The position numbers and the translations under genes are program-made. A stretch of 63,764 bases of DNA, the filler included, from Chiloscyllium plagiosum (lineage: Eukaryota): assembly GCF_004010195.1 (NCBI RefSeq). It is 6 parts of one record of this genome, joined end to end, with 100 filler letters (N's around TTAATTAATTAA, not from the genome) between each part and the next. Parts side by side here need not be neighbours in the genome. Positions count along the whole stretch, not along the records: positions 1 to 22,423 come from NC_057716.1; positions 22,524 to 31,307 come from NC_057716.1; 4 more parts are not named here. One strand, 5' to 3'. Positions 11,711 through 23,661 of the stretch are shown piece after piece. The number at the start of each line of letters is the position of its first letter. The first letter of the stretch is position 1. The notes beneath the pieces are model-generated. The model ran no database searches and was not told the DNA's origin. It saw only the letters and a list, made by a program, of their open reading frames with translations.

Positions 11711-11839
11711 TCTTCCTCTCTCTGCCCCCACCACCCCAACTCGAAAACATGTCACCACTGATTCACGGGACCCAATGTCATACCCACGTTGTCTCTACTT
11801 TCATTGTGAACCAAGCTTGGAGGAGTGGTGGATAGTGTG

Positions 11840-12685
11840 GAGGGTGGGGAGGGCTGGTGTAGGTTGCAAGGGACACTGACAGGATGCAGAACTGGGCTGA
11901 GAAGTGGCAGATAGAGTTTAACCTGAAAAAGTGTGAAGTGATTCATTTTGGAAGGCTGAATTTGAATGCAGATTACAGGGTTAAAGGCAGGATTCTTGAC
12001 AGTGTAGAGGAACAGAGGGATCTTGGGGTCCATGTCCACAGATCCCTCAAAGTTGCTACCCAAGTTGATAGGGTTGTTAAGAAGATGTATGGTGTGTTGG
12101 CTTTCATTAGCAGGGAGATTGAGTTTAAGAGCCGTGAGGTTATGCTGCAGCTCGATAAAGCCCTGGTTAGACCACACTTGGAATATTGTGTTCGGTTCTG
12201 GTTGCCTCATTATAGGAAGGATGTGGCAGCTTTGGAGAGGGTGCAGAGGAGACTTATCAGGATGCTGCCTGGACTGGAGGGGCATGTCTTCTGAAGAATG
12301 GTTTAGGGATCTAGGGCTTTTCTCATTGGAGTGAAGAAGGGTGAGAGGTGACTTGGTAGAGATGTACAAAATGATGAGAGGCAGAGATAGAGTTGATAGC
12401 CAGAGACTTTTCCCCAGGGCAGAAATGGCTATCATGAGGGGGCCTAATTTGAAGGTGATTGTAGGAAGGTTTCGGTGAGATGTCAGTGGGAGGTTCTGTA
12501 CACAGAGAGTTGTGGGTGTGTGGAATGCACTGCCAGTGATGGGAGTAGAGTCAGAGACATCAGGGACATGTAAGTGACTCTTGGATAGGCCCATGGATGA
12601 TAGTACAATGTAGGTTAGTTTGATGTTAGAGTAGGATAAAAGGTCAGGATGACATCAAAGACCAGAGGGCCTGTACTGTGCCCAA
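11840..12685 (+). mobile_element. CR1 LINE 3' end
   Basis: WAEKWQIEFNLKKCEVIHFG...QRDLGV...VRPHLEYC. Confidence 0.9.
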
Positions 12686-12811
12686 ACTGGGAACAGATTA
12701 ACTGAGGGATGTACAAGGTGTTGCTACACTGTCAAAAACAAGTAACTGGAGCTCAGTTAACACTGCTGCTTTGTTCCTGTAGGGGGAGAGTGGAGTGATT
12801 AGACCTCCTCC

Positions 12812-13090
12812 AGTATGGAAAGAGGCCCTTCAGCCCAACAAGTCCATATTGACCCTCCAAAAAGTAATCCACCCAGACCCATCCCCCTAGCTTATATTTA
12901 CCCCTGACTAATGCAACATCACTATAAGCAATTTACTTGACCTGTACATCTTTAGATTGTGGAAGGAAGCCCACGCAGACACTGGGAGAATGTGCAAACT
13001 TCACACAGACAGTTGCCTGAGGTAGGAATTGAACGCAGGCCCCTGGTGCTGTGAGGCAGCAGTGCTAACCACTGAGCCACTGTGCTGCCC
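12812..13090 (-). mobile_element. HE1/V-SINE copy
   Basis: Reverse complement of the SINE at 10723-11025. Confidence 0.8.
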
Positions 13091-13799
13091 TTGATGTGAG
13101 CAGGCAGATTGATGATTGGTTTGCACATTCAGGGAAAATTGCTGAGGTCAGGACTCATCGGCATGGCAATAACTCTCTGATTGGCTCCTGGGAAGTTGGA
13201 CAGAAAGTGTGTGACCATTTGAGTCATACAGATGTACAGCATGGAAACAAACCCCTCAGTCCAACCCGTCCATGCCAACCATAGAATGTGGAACATACAA
13301 CACGGAACAGCGCAGTACAGACCCTTGGCCCTCGATATTGCACCAAAGAATGTGCTTGTCTCTGTGTGTCTGTGTGTGTAAGGGTTTACAAAGCAGCTAT
13401 AGTCAATGAATGTGGTTAGAAGCAAATAATTTGTATGTTGATTTCCCAGAGCTGATTTCTTTGTATGAAATGATAGTGTTTTTTGTTTAGTACAGAAAGC
13501 CGATCAGTGTTCCCATTAACCTGAGTCCATTGGCTAGGCAGACCGGGGAGCTATATTTGTAACGCTGCTTGTAAAATTTGTGATGACTCTGGGTGTTGGG
13601 GGGCTCAGGTTTTAGTGCACTTTCCCAACTGGGTCATGACTAGAAATTGTAGGCTCTTGCTGAGATTGTTGGAAGCACTCAAGATGAGGATCAGGGAATG
13701 GTATCAGTGAATGAAACTGGAAACAGAAACATTGGATTCCATTCTGCAACCAAGACCAGGCTGTGGAAATTCCAGAAGCAGCAGATTCCCAGCAGTTGG

Positions 13800-14070
13800 C
13801 AGAGTTGTCCATCAGAGACAAAGGCCAAGCTAATTAAATTGGAGAGGAAGATAGTGTTGGGATTGTCTGCTAAAGCAAAGAATGCGGAGATACTGGGCGA
13901 GCTAGCTCAGTCCAGTCTATTAGAGATCAGCTACTCCAGGAAGGGAACAGCAGAATCTCTCAAACATGGAATTGAAATCAAACCACTTTGAGCATGAGGT
14001 GAAGATAAAAAAAAACTAGTGACAGCAGAAAAGGCCAAGGAAGACCAAGAAAAGGCTCCAATGTCTCTGC
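13800..14070 (+). mobile_element. Possible decayed Gypsy gag N-terminus
   Basis: TKAKLIKLERKIVLGLSAKAKNAEI followed by a K/E-rich stretch; resemblance only. Confidence 0.25.
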
Positions 14071-14099
14071 GTTGCCATTTTAATGAGCTTCCCCCTCCC

Positions 14100-14530
14100 C
14101 CGACCCCAAGCTGACACGAACATTTCTGTCCCAGCCAGCTGCAATGTTCCAGCGAAACACAACTCAAGCTCAAAGAACAATATCTCAATTTCTGCTGAAA
14201 CACTACAGAGCCTCTCCGACTCAATGTTGAATTCCATAACCTCAGCGTATGACTTCTGTCTGTCCTTCAGTTTTCTTGCATCCCCCACCCAGGCCTGATG
14301 AGTCTTGTTTTGTGTTTTGTTAAATTTACTCTCAGGAGTGATCCATTTTCTCCTTACCACACCCTTCATTGACACCTGTTTTACATCCCTATCACTCCTT
14401 CCAATGTAGTCTCCTCTATATTGGAGAGACCAAACACAGATTAGGCACTGCTTTGTGGGACACCTGCATTCTGTCAGTAAGGATGACCCTGACCTCCCAG
14501 TGTGTTGCCATGTCAATATTTCTGTTCTGG
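14100..14530 (+). mobile_element. Penelope-like GIY-YIG fragments
   Basis: CSLLYIGETKHRLG...HLHSVSKDDPDLPVCCH at ~14395-14520; a degenerate C-terminal segment ending LNVEFHN at ~14130-14245. Confidence 0.6.
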
Positions 14531-14629
14531 GACAGCAAGCAAACTCCAGTGTTCCAGACTGGGTTAGTATAGTGACCTATCTGATAAATACCCCCTCATC
14601 ATCACATGAAGAGCTGGTTTGTCACATAA

Positions 14630-15180
14630 ATATGCTGTAGGAATTAGGACGCTACATTGAGGTTGTCCAGGACATTAGTGCGGTACCTCAGGAGTATTGT
14701 GTCCAGTTCCTGCTGTAGGAAGATTATTATTAATCTCGAGAGGGTTCAGAAAAGATTTACATGGGTGTTACAAGGATTGGAGGGTTTGAGTTATAAGGAG
14801 ATGGTGGATAGGCTGGGACTTTTTTTCACTGGTGTATAGGAGGTCAAGGAGTGACTTTATTGAGGTTTATAAAATCATGAGGGGCACGGACAAGGTTAAT
14901 AGTGGGTGTCTTTTCCCTAGGGAAAGGGAGTTCAAAACTAGGGGGCATTGTTTTAAGCTGAGAGGAGAAAGATTTAGACGGACCCCTGGGGGCAACCTCT
15001 TCACACAGACAGTGTTTATACGTGGAATGATCTGCGAGAGGAATTAGGACAGGTACATGAATCATAAAGCTTTAGAGAGTTATGGGCCAAATGCAGGCAA
15101 GTGGGAGTAGATTTGTTTGGGAACCTGGTCAGCGTGGACAGGTTGGACCAAGGGGTTGTTTCTGTGCTGTATGACACTTT
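14630..15180 (+). mobile_element. CR1 LINE 3' fragment
   Basis: LERVQKRFT...IEVYKIMRG...TRGH. Confidence 0.8.
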
Positions 15181-15392
15181 GCCTCAATGTAAAGGTTCTA
15201 TCATTGTGAAGTGGGCACGGATGAATGAGTGTGTCAGCTGGTAAGGGCAATGGATGATGGCAAAGACAGTGTCAGGTAGAAGGACAGGTAGACAGTTCTC
15301 AAAGTGAACCTTTGACAACTTGTTCGGCTCAGTCACATTGGACCTTCAGAAAGGGAGGAACCATGTTCCTGTTCTGGAGTTAAAAAAATGCT

Positions 15393-15659
15393 TTGGATTC
15401 CCTACAGTGTGGAAACAGGCCATTCGGCCCAACAAGTCCACACCGACCCTCAGAGTAACCCACCGAAATCCATTCCACCTGATTAATGCACCTAACACTG
15501 TGGGCAATTTAGCATGGCCACATCTTTGGATTGTGAGAGGAAATCCACACAGACACGGGGAGAATGTGCAAATTCCACACAGACAGTCGCCCGAGGCTGG
15601 AATCAAACCCGGGTCCCTGGCGCTGCGAGGCAGCAGTGCTAACCACTGAGCCACCGTGC
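15393..15659 (-). mobile_element. HE1/V-SINE copy
   Basis: Reverse complement of the SINE at 10723-11025. Confidence 0.8.
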
Positions 15660-16575
15660 TTTAAACCTGAGAAAAATAACCCATTTACTTGCCCCTCCAC
15701 AGTTGCCACAAGCCTGGGTTTTAAACAGAACCTTTTTACAGGCAACAGCCACCCTGGAGCAGGAGAATGGAGGGGAAGTGTATCTGGACAGGCCAGAGGG
15801 AACCTTTCTGTAAACCCTGTGGGCAGGGATCACTGGAGTACCTGCCTCAGTCTCTCCCTCCATCCATAACCCCCAGGTTTTCTTTCCCTGTCTGTTGTCT
15901 ACGTGTATCAGGAGGGGTTTATAAATAGATTAGTTTTATACCAATGGGTCATAATTGTTTATCTGTAGTTAGGTTCGATCTCCCCACAGTGGCCTGTGCT
16001 GCAGGGCTTTTCCAACATTGTCCCTGCTGCTGTCTTGTAGCTCCCAAGATGTCCACACGTCCCAGTGCAGCTGCACTTAGAGGTGAGAGGTTAGAGGTGA
16101 AGAGTGTGGAGATACTGAGATGGGTCCTGTGGACTTTGACTGTTCCTCAGTGACAAAGTCCAGGATTGAGCAGGACAGAGAATATTTGGTTTCTCAAAGT
16201 TTTCTGAGGGGATTCTACCATAAGACGTGATAAATTATTTCAGTCCAACAATCACACTTCAAACCTAAAAATACAAACACACTCTTACACAAATATATTC
16301 CAATGAATTTCGGTGAAAATGTTTTTCTTTACTGTATCAGCAACAGGTCTCCATGTCCCTTGGGAAGATATAAAACATGACCTTTCACCCAGTCTCGTTC
16401 CACCTGAGAGGGTTCCTGCAGCCATCATACAATAAGATAACACAGAGGTGATCATATCCCAGTCTGCCTTCAGGCTGCTCTGTCATGACACAGAGACAAC
16501 TTGTAGTCAGTTTAACCCACATTCCCCTAAACTCACCATAAATATAAAAACCTCATTCCAATCCAAACTTTGATT

Positions 16576-17035
16576 GGGACAGTGTAGAGGGAGCTTTACT
16601 CTGTATCTAACCCTGTGCAGTCCGTCCTGGGAGTGTTTGATGGGGACGGTGTAGAGGGAGCTTTACTCTGTATCTAACCATGTGCTGTCCGTCCTGGGAG
16701 TGTTTGATGGGGACGGTGTAGAGGAAGCTTTACTCTGTATCTAACCCCGTACTGTCCCTGTCCTGGGAGTGTTTGATGGGGACAGTGTAGAGTAAGCTTT
16801 ACTCTGTATCTAACCCTGTGCTGTCCCTGTCCTGGGAGTGTTTGATGGGGACGGTGTAGAGGGAGCTTTACTCTGTATCTAACCCCGTGCTGTCCCTGTC
16901 CTGGGAGTGTTTGATGGGGACAGTGTAGAGTAAGCTTTACTCTGTATCTAACCTTGTGCTGTCCGTCCTGGGAGTGTTTGATGGGGACGGTGTAGAGGGA
17001 GCTTTACTCTGTATCTAACCCCGTGCTGTCCCTGG
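16576..17035. repeat. 67-69-bp tandem repeat, ~7 copies
   Basis: Unit GGGACAGTGTAGAGGGAGCTTTACTCTGTATCTAACCCCGTGCTGTCCCTGTCCTGGGAGTGTTTGATG. Confidence 0.95.
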
Positions 17036-17298
17036 GAGCTGTGTATGTCCCGGGAAGCTGTGTATGTCCCGGGGAGCTGTGTATGTCCCGGGGAGCTATG
17101 TATGTCCCGGGAAGCTGTGTATGTCCCAGGAAGCTGTGTATGTCCCGGGGAGCTGTGTATGTCCCGGGGAGCTGTGTATGTCCCGGTGTATGTCCCGGGG
17201 AGCTGTGTATGTCCCGGGGAGCTGTGTATGTCCCGGGGAGCTATGTATGTCCCAGGGAGCTGTGTATGTCCCAGGGAGCTGTGTAAGTCCTGGGAAGC
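17035..17298. repeat. 20-bp tandem repeat GGAGCTGTGTATGTCCCGGG, ~13 copies
   Basis: Direct inspection. Confidence 0.95.
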
Positions 17299-17738
17299 TG
17301 GGTGAAACTGCAGGAGTTTGGGCAGATGTTGGGATGTCAGGCTGTGGACTCCAGCCAAGCCCCGTGTGTATGGCGCTGGCGCTGAACAATCAGCCTTTGT
17401 GTAGTGACTTGGCGTGTTCTATAAACTGTAGCAAGACTGCCACTGGACTGGGGAGGGAGGATCCTCGCAGCTGGAACAGACACAGCGCTACTCTGACTCC
17501 TGAATCCTCAGTTCACTCTGTACTGCAGCAAAGACTATTCATCTGGTGTTTGGATTGGAAAGAAGAAATCTGAATTAACTGACTATGGCAGCCCTGAGAC
17601 AATCCGACTGTTGTAAAATCCCATCTGGCTCAGTAACATCATTTATAAAATACAGGTTCAGCCTCCAGCTGGAGGATTGGGTACTATTCTGGGCATCATG
17701 TGCCAGTTCTCAAACAAGAGGAATAAACATACTTGACC

Positions 17739-17885
17739 TGGCATGGTGGCTCAGTTTTTAGCACCACCCCGGTTCGATTCCAGTCTTGGGCAATGGTCTG
17801 TGTGGAGTTTGCACATTCTCCCCGTGTCTGCGTGGGTTTCCTCCCACAGTCCAAAGGTGTGCAGGTTAAGGTGGATTGGCCATGG
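17739..17885 (+). mobile_element. HE1/V-SINE partial copy abutting a Penelope-derived short element
   Basis: GGTGGCTCAGT...GGTTCGATTCC...TGTGGAGTTTGCACATTCTCCCCGTG. Confidence 0.7.
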
Positions 17886-19169
17886 TCTGGATCAGAGTGG
17901 TGCTGGAAAAGCACAGCAGGTCAGGCAGCATCCGAGGAGCAGGAAAATCGACATTTCGGGTAAAAGCCCTTCATCAGGAATAGAGGCAGGGTGCCTGCAG
18001 GGTGGAGAGATAAATGGGTGAGGGGTGGGGGTGGGGAGAAAGTAGCCTAGAGTACAATAGGATCTCCAGTGATGTCTCTTTGTGGCATCCATTGGTGTGG
18101 GGAATACTTGCATATGGGGGGGTTTGGAATTAGGTGAGTAAGAGAGATATAACCTGTGCTAATTAAGAATGAATCACTACTAATTTTAACAGTCCAACAG
18201 TGGAACGCAACACAATGATGTTTATTGGGCTGGTTGGCTGTTGATGTTGCCTTGGCTTTAGTCTTCTACAGCAGATCAATAATCTTTTATTTGGTTGCTC
18301 TCTTCCTGGGTGTCTTTGCTTTCTCAGCCAGTTGTAGGCCAGTCTGTCCTGCAATAAGATGTAAAGTGATTGATTATGCCAGTGAATGGATGGCCACTTT
18401 GTAGTGATGCAAGTGCAGTAAAGGTGGTGAAGTATCCCCAGTTTGTAAGTAGGAAGCTCAGAGGGCAGGAAACGTTAGCTGTTTTGGAGAATGACCTGTG
18501 TGACAGCAATTGATCAGACAAGAAACATATAATAATGAGACGTGTAACCCTAGAGCCTTGGTGAAAAATATGGCAAACTTAGAATGAGGGGCAAGCATGT
18601 GAGAAGATGGTGGCACTTACTGTTACAGAGTGTAAAAGATCATTTAACATTTTCCTGAGCGACTCAGCGACCTTTTTTTTAACCTGGGATACAGCATTGT
18701 CTGATGGCATGGCTTTCTTTGGTAGTTAGAGTCGGAAGGATACCACGTTTCTCCACCCATCTCCCATAAGCCAGCACCTCCACCTCCTGTCCATGAAGCA
18801 GGAAGGCTATCTGGACTAAGTCTTCAGTGATGATACTGGAGCACCTCTGGGTAAGGGCCAGTTTCTGCCTTCCAGCAGAAAAGTGGCCGGCTAGACTTCC
18901 AAAATTATACCAGTGGTGTGAATGGCAAAAGGGCCCAACAATTACAAAACCTTTCAACTCTCCTTCCAGATAAGAGCTTGGAAAGTGTGCCAAAGAACTT
19001 GGACGCATAGCTAATAAAGTGAAGATTGCAAAGTTGCTCAAAAAAAGTTGCTTTGAACCAGAGGATCAGGTGCTGTGAATCATACTCAACAAAACATCTT
19101 AACTGAAAATGGAAATTTCTGTCCTTTATTTCTTTGAAGAGATAACTCAATGTTAATCATAAACTTTTG

Positions 19170-20335
19170 ATACCATAAGAAATAAGAGCAGGAGTAAGTC
19201 TTTCCATCCCACAAGCCTGTTCCACCATTGGATATGATCATTTCCCAAGCCCACTTTCAGGCTCTTTCCCATCACCTTTGATTTCCCCACTGACCAAGAA
19301 TCTAGCTTTATCTATCTCAGCCTTAAGTATGCACAAGTTCTCTACCCCAACAGCTCTCTGTGGCAATGAGTTCCAGAGTCTCTGAACCCTCTGTGAGTAG
19401 AGATTCCTCCTCATCTCAATCTTAAATTGGCATCCCTTTATTGTGAGGTTATGCCCTCTGATCCTAGACTCGCCCATGAGGGGAAACATCCTCTCAGCAT
19501 TGACCCTGTCAAGCCCCTTTGAATCCTGTATATATCAAGGAGACCACTGTCATCTTCTAAACTACAATGAGTAGAATCCCAACCTGTTTAACCTTTGCTC
19601 GTAAGACAATCCCTACACAGGCAATAATCCTTGTGAAACCTCTTTGAACTGCCCCCAATGAAATAACACCTTTCCTTAAGTAAGAAGTCCAACATTGTTC
19701 ATAGTATTTCAGATGTGGTTTCACCAGAACTTTGCACAGTTGTAGTAAAACTTCCCTCTTCTCATATTGCCGAAGGACTCTTGTTCCATGAGCCTTCCTG
19801 ATTACCTGCTGTACTTGTGTGCTTTCATCTACAAGTATCCGTAAGACCTTTTGCAGCTTTCTGTGGTTTATCTCCATTTAACTAATATAAAGTTTTTTGT
19901 TCTCCTTTCCAAAAAGAGCATTAGATTAGATTAGATTATTGTGGATTAGCATCTTGGCATTTTCCCCACATTATACTCTATTTGCCATATTTTTGCCCAC
20001 TTACATATCTCTCTGTAAACTGCCTGTATTCCTCTCACAACTTCCCTTTCCAACCAGTTTGTGTCATTTTATATTTGGCAATAGTCCATTCACTTCCTTC
20101 CTCAAAGTCATTAATCTATACTGTTATTAGTTGCAGTCCCAGCTGTAATCCCTGTGGTCATAGGTTGCCAGCATGAAAAGGACCTCTTTTCCCACTCACT
20201 GTTTCCTGCCCATTAGCCAATTCTCTATCCACACTAACATAACATCTCCAACAATATGGTCTCTTACCCTAGGACTTAATCTTTTGTATAGTATCTTGTC
20301 AAATCCCTTCTGGAAGTCCAAGTACAGTACACCTG
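19170..20335 (-). mobile_element. Degenerate CR1 LINE
   Basis: LYLDFQKGFDK...WIENWL; LCKVLVKPHLKY; SQRVQRLWNSLP. Confidence 0.8.
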
Positions 20336-20499
20336 GATTGGCCATGGGAAATTGCCTACAGTGTTCAGGGAAGTGGAGGCTAAATGGGATGGCCATGGGA
20401 AATGCAGGGTTACTGGGATAGGGTGGAATGTTCTTCAGTGGGTCAGTGCAGATTTGATGGGATGAATGGTTTCTTGCTGCATTATAGGGATTCTATGAT

Positions 20500-21325
20500 T
20501 CATCCTCACCAATCTGCCGTCTGCAGGTGTATCTGTCCCTGACAGTATCAGTAAGAGTGACCACCACACAGTCCTTGTGGAGACAAAGTCCCACCTTCAC
20601 ATTGAGAATACCTTCCATCGGGTTGTGTGGCACTATCACCGTGCTCAACGGGACAGACTTCAAACAGATCAAGCAGCTCCATCCACGAGGTGCTGTGGGT
20701 CACCAACAGCAGCAGCTCCTTCTACACTCCAGCACAATCTGTAAGCTCATGGCCCGGCATATCCCCCACTCACCCATTACCATCAAGCCAGGGGATCAAC
20801 CCTGGGTCAATGGAGAGTACAGGAGGGTATGCCAGGAGCAGCACCGGGCAGACCTGAAGGTGAGGCGTCAGCCTGGTGAAGCTACCAAACAGGACTACGT
20901 CCACACCGAACAGCATAAACAGCAAGTGACAGACAGAGCTAAGCGATCCCACAACCAATGAATCAGATCGAAGCCCTGCAGTCCTGCCACACCCAGTGGT
21001 AAACGGTGGTGGATGATTAAACAACTCACTGGAGCAGGAGGCTCCACAAATCTCCCCACCCTCAACGATGGAGGGGCCCAGCACATCATACTGCCTGAAC
21101 TGCTGTGCTCTTCCAGCACCACTAATCCAGGACTACTTCCACACCGAACAGCATAAACAGCAAGTGACAGACAGAGCTAAGCGATCCCAGATCGAAGCTC
21201 TGCAGTCCTGCCACACCCAGTGGTAAACGGTGGTAGATGATTAAACAACTCACTGGAGCAGGAGGCTCCACAAATCTCCCCACCCTCAATGATGGAGGGG
21301 CCCAGCACATCAGGGCAAAGGATAA
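20500..21325 (+). mobile_element. LINE (CR1-group, second family) endonuclease/linker fragment with internal duplication
   Basis: ILTNLP...SDHHTVLVETK...VWHYHRA...ITIKPGDQPW. Confidence 0.7.
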
Positions 21326-21981
21326 TGTGATGCAAACTGTGGAATGTGTGTCTATATTTCAGCAACATTTTGTGTAAATTTGGGTTTGTGACAATATTCC
21401 CTCTGAACTGCTGCCATTGGGAGGACTGCACAGGGTCAGCGAGAATTAAACATTGGTATCTGGGTGTGGAGTGTGTATCTGGTTGGTTTTCTGTCTGTCT
21501 GAAATCAATAATTAACTTGTAAGTATTCTGTAGCCATGGTGATTGCTTTTATCACTTTTTTTAAAGATCTGACTTTCCAGTGAACCACAAATGAATTTCT
21601 GTTCATTTTAGAATGTTATGGCCCAGCAAGGTAAATAATAGGGCCCCAAGTTTTGTTTGTGCTATTTGGAATTTACTTTAGGGAAAGGTCCATAGTTTGG
21701 GGAGGGAGATTTGTGCTTTTTTTACGTTTTTGCTTTAATTAGGGAAGCCCTGTGAAGCCCTTATCATAGGATAGCAGTGGAGACCAGTGCTTCTGAGAAG
21801 GGAAGGATGTGTAGGGAATGAGGTTTCTTTGAATGAGCAGTTAGTATTAACCCCAGATCAGGCGTGTTGGAATAAAACCCTGAAGGGGTTTCTTAAAGCT
21901 GAGTACATTGAAGCTTGAGTGTATAAAAGCTCAAGGACAAAACTATCTGCAGCTGAAATCACAAGTAACTCAAACCTACCA

Positions 21982-22423
21982 AGAACATAGAACAGAGAAC
22001 ATAGAACAATACAGCACAGAACAGGCCCTTCGGCCCACGATGTTGTGCCGAACATTTGTCCTAGCTTAAGCACCTATCCATGTACCTATCCAATTGCCGC
22101 TTAAAGGTCACCAATGATTCTGACTCTGCCACTCCCACAGGCAGCGCATTCCATACCCCCAGCACTCTCTGGGTAAAGAACCTACCCCCGACATCTCCCC
22201 TATACCTTACACCATTCACCATAAATTTATGCCCCCTTGTAACACTCTGTTGTACCCGGGGAAAAAGTCTCTGACTGTCTACTCTATCTATTCCTCTGAT
22301 CATCTTATAAACCTCTATCAAGTCACCCCATATCCTTCGCCATTCCAGTGAGAAAAGGCCTAGCACTCTCAACCTATCCTCGTACGACCTATTCTCCATT
22401 CCAGGCAACATCCTAGTAAATCT
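21982..22423 (-). mobile_element. CR1 LINE 3' end running into a linker gap
   Basis: GDLIEVYKMIRGIDRV...RFFTQRVLGVWNALP; (AGAACAT)n tail. Confidence 0.9.
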
Positions 22424-22523
22424 NNNNNNNNNNNNNNNNNNNNNNNNNNNNNNNNNNNNNNNNNNNNTTAATTAATTAANNNNNNNNNNNNNNNNNNNNN
22501 NNNNNNNNNNNNNNNNNNNNNNN
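22424..22523. other. Artificial contig linker (44 N + TTAATTAATTAA + 44 N); also at 31308-31407, 41552-41651, 51147-51246 and 59163-59262
   Basis: Five identical 100-bp constructs; the 12-mer gives stop codons in all six frames. Confidence 0.97.
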
Positions 22524-23299
22524 GGGGTTGGTGACAGTGGGGGGGGGGTGACTGTCGTTGGGGGGCTGGTGACTGTCCCAGTGGAGCTGGCTGTAATGGG
22601 GAGGATGATTCTCTGTTTGTTGGAATGATCCGGTGGGAATAAGGACAAGTGGACTCCCACCACTGAACTTGACTCTCTTTCTCTCTCCACAACTGCAGCC
22701 AGACCTGTTGAGTTTCTCCAACACTTTCTCTGTTTGTTTCTCAACTCACCCCATGATCTTCAACAATTTGTGCTCAGCGCCCATGTGTCTCTGCATGCTC
22801 TGTTTAATCATTCCGCTAAGAAAATAATTGGCAGGAAAATAAAGGTTGGAATTGTCTGTGGGAGGGTTTGGGGAGGTGGGTCTGAGTGACGTGGTCCATG
22901 GTTGGGAGGGGATTCATAACAGAATCAGCTCGAGAAGTTTGACGAGACCCATCTCAACACTGGCATCACTCACTCTGTGTTTTTCGGAGTGAGCTGATGA
23001 GATTCTCACAAGGCCACGGTGCTAGGAATTATTGTTAAACACCTCATACACATCCAAATTCACCTCATTAATATTCGGAATATTCTGAAGAAGAAACATT
23101 AACTCTGTTTCTCTCTCCACAGAAAATGCCAGATCTGCTGAGTTTCTCCAGCATTTTCTGTTAATATCCCACTGCCTGCCATGTCCAGGAGTAAATGCAG
23201 AAACTGTGCACGACCCCCGGACTGACAAAGTGGGTTTGCGTATACAGTGGGATTTTAAAGATGGTGTGAGTGTCCGGTGATTTCTGGGATATCCACTGA

Positions 23300-23661
23300 G
23301 TTGGGTGAGTTGTGGTTGTTGGTTTGCTCACTGGGCTGGTGGGTTGTTAAGCAGTTGTCTCCGTGCTGGGTAACATCGTCAGTGTGACTGCCCTGAAGCA
23401 CTGGTGTTCTATTCCGCTTGGTATTGATATGATCCGGTCTGTTACGGTGGGTATTGCCATTTCCGGTTTTGCTCTGCAGTGGTTTGTATATGGGATCTAT
23501 TTCGACATTCCTGAATGAAAACCAGGCCTCGAGGAATTCCCGTGTATGTCTCCGGTTAGCCAGTCCCAGGACAGTCAAACTGATGGCCCTGTTTGTCTGT
23601 GTGTACTGAGGTAAGGGAGAGTTGGCTGTGTTGTGATGCTGCGAGTTGATGTTTGGGTATC
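23300..23661 (-). mobile_element. Penelope-like element, 3' part (split by a CR1 insertion)
   Basis: KHQLA...GHQFD...VLGLANRRHTREFLEAWF...IDPIYKPL on the minus strand. Confidence 0.72.

Noticed and set aside
11025..12685. Large inverted repeat
   Set aside because: Two diverged CR1 3' ends in opposite orientation; ordinary at this repeat density.
22468..22479. TTAATTAATTAA as a homeodomain site or piggyBac target
   Set aside because: Always centred in exactly 44+44 N, so it is a synthetic linker.
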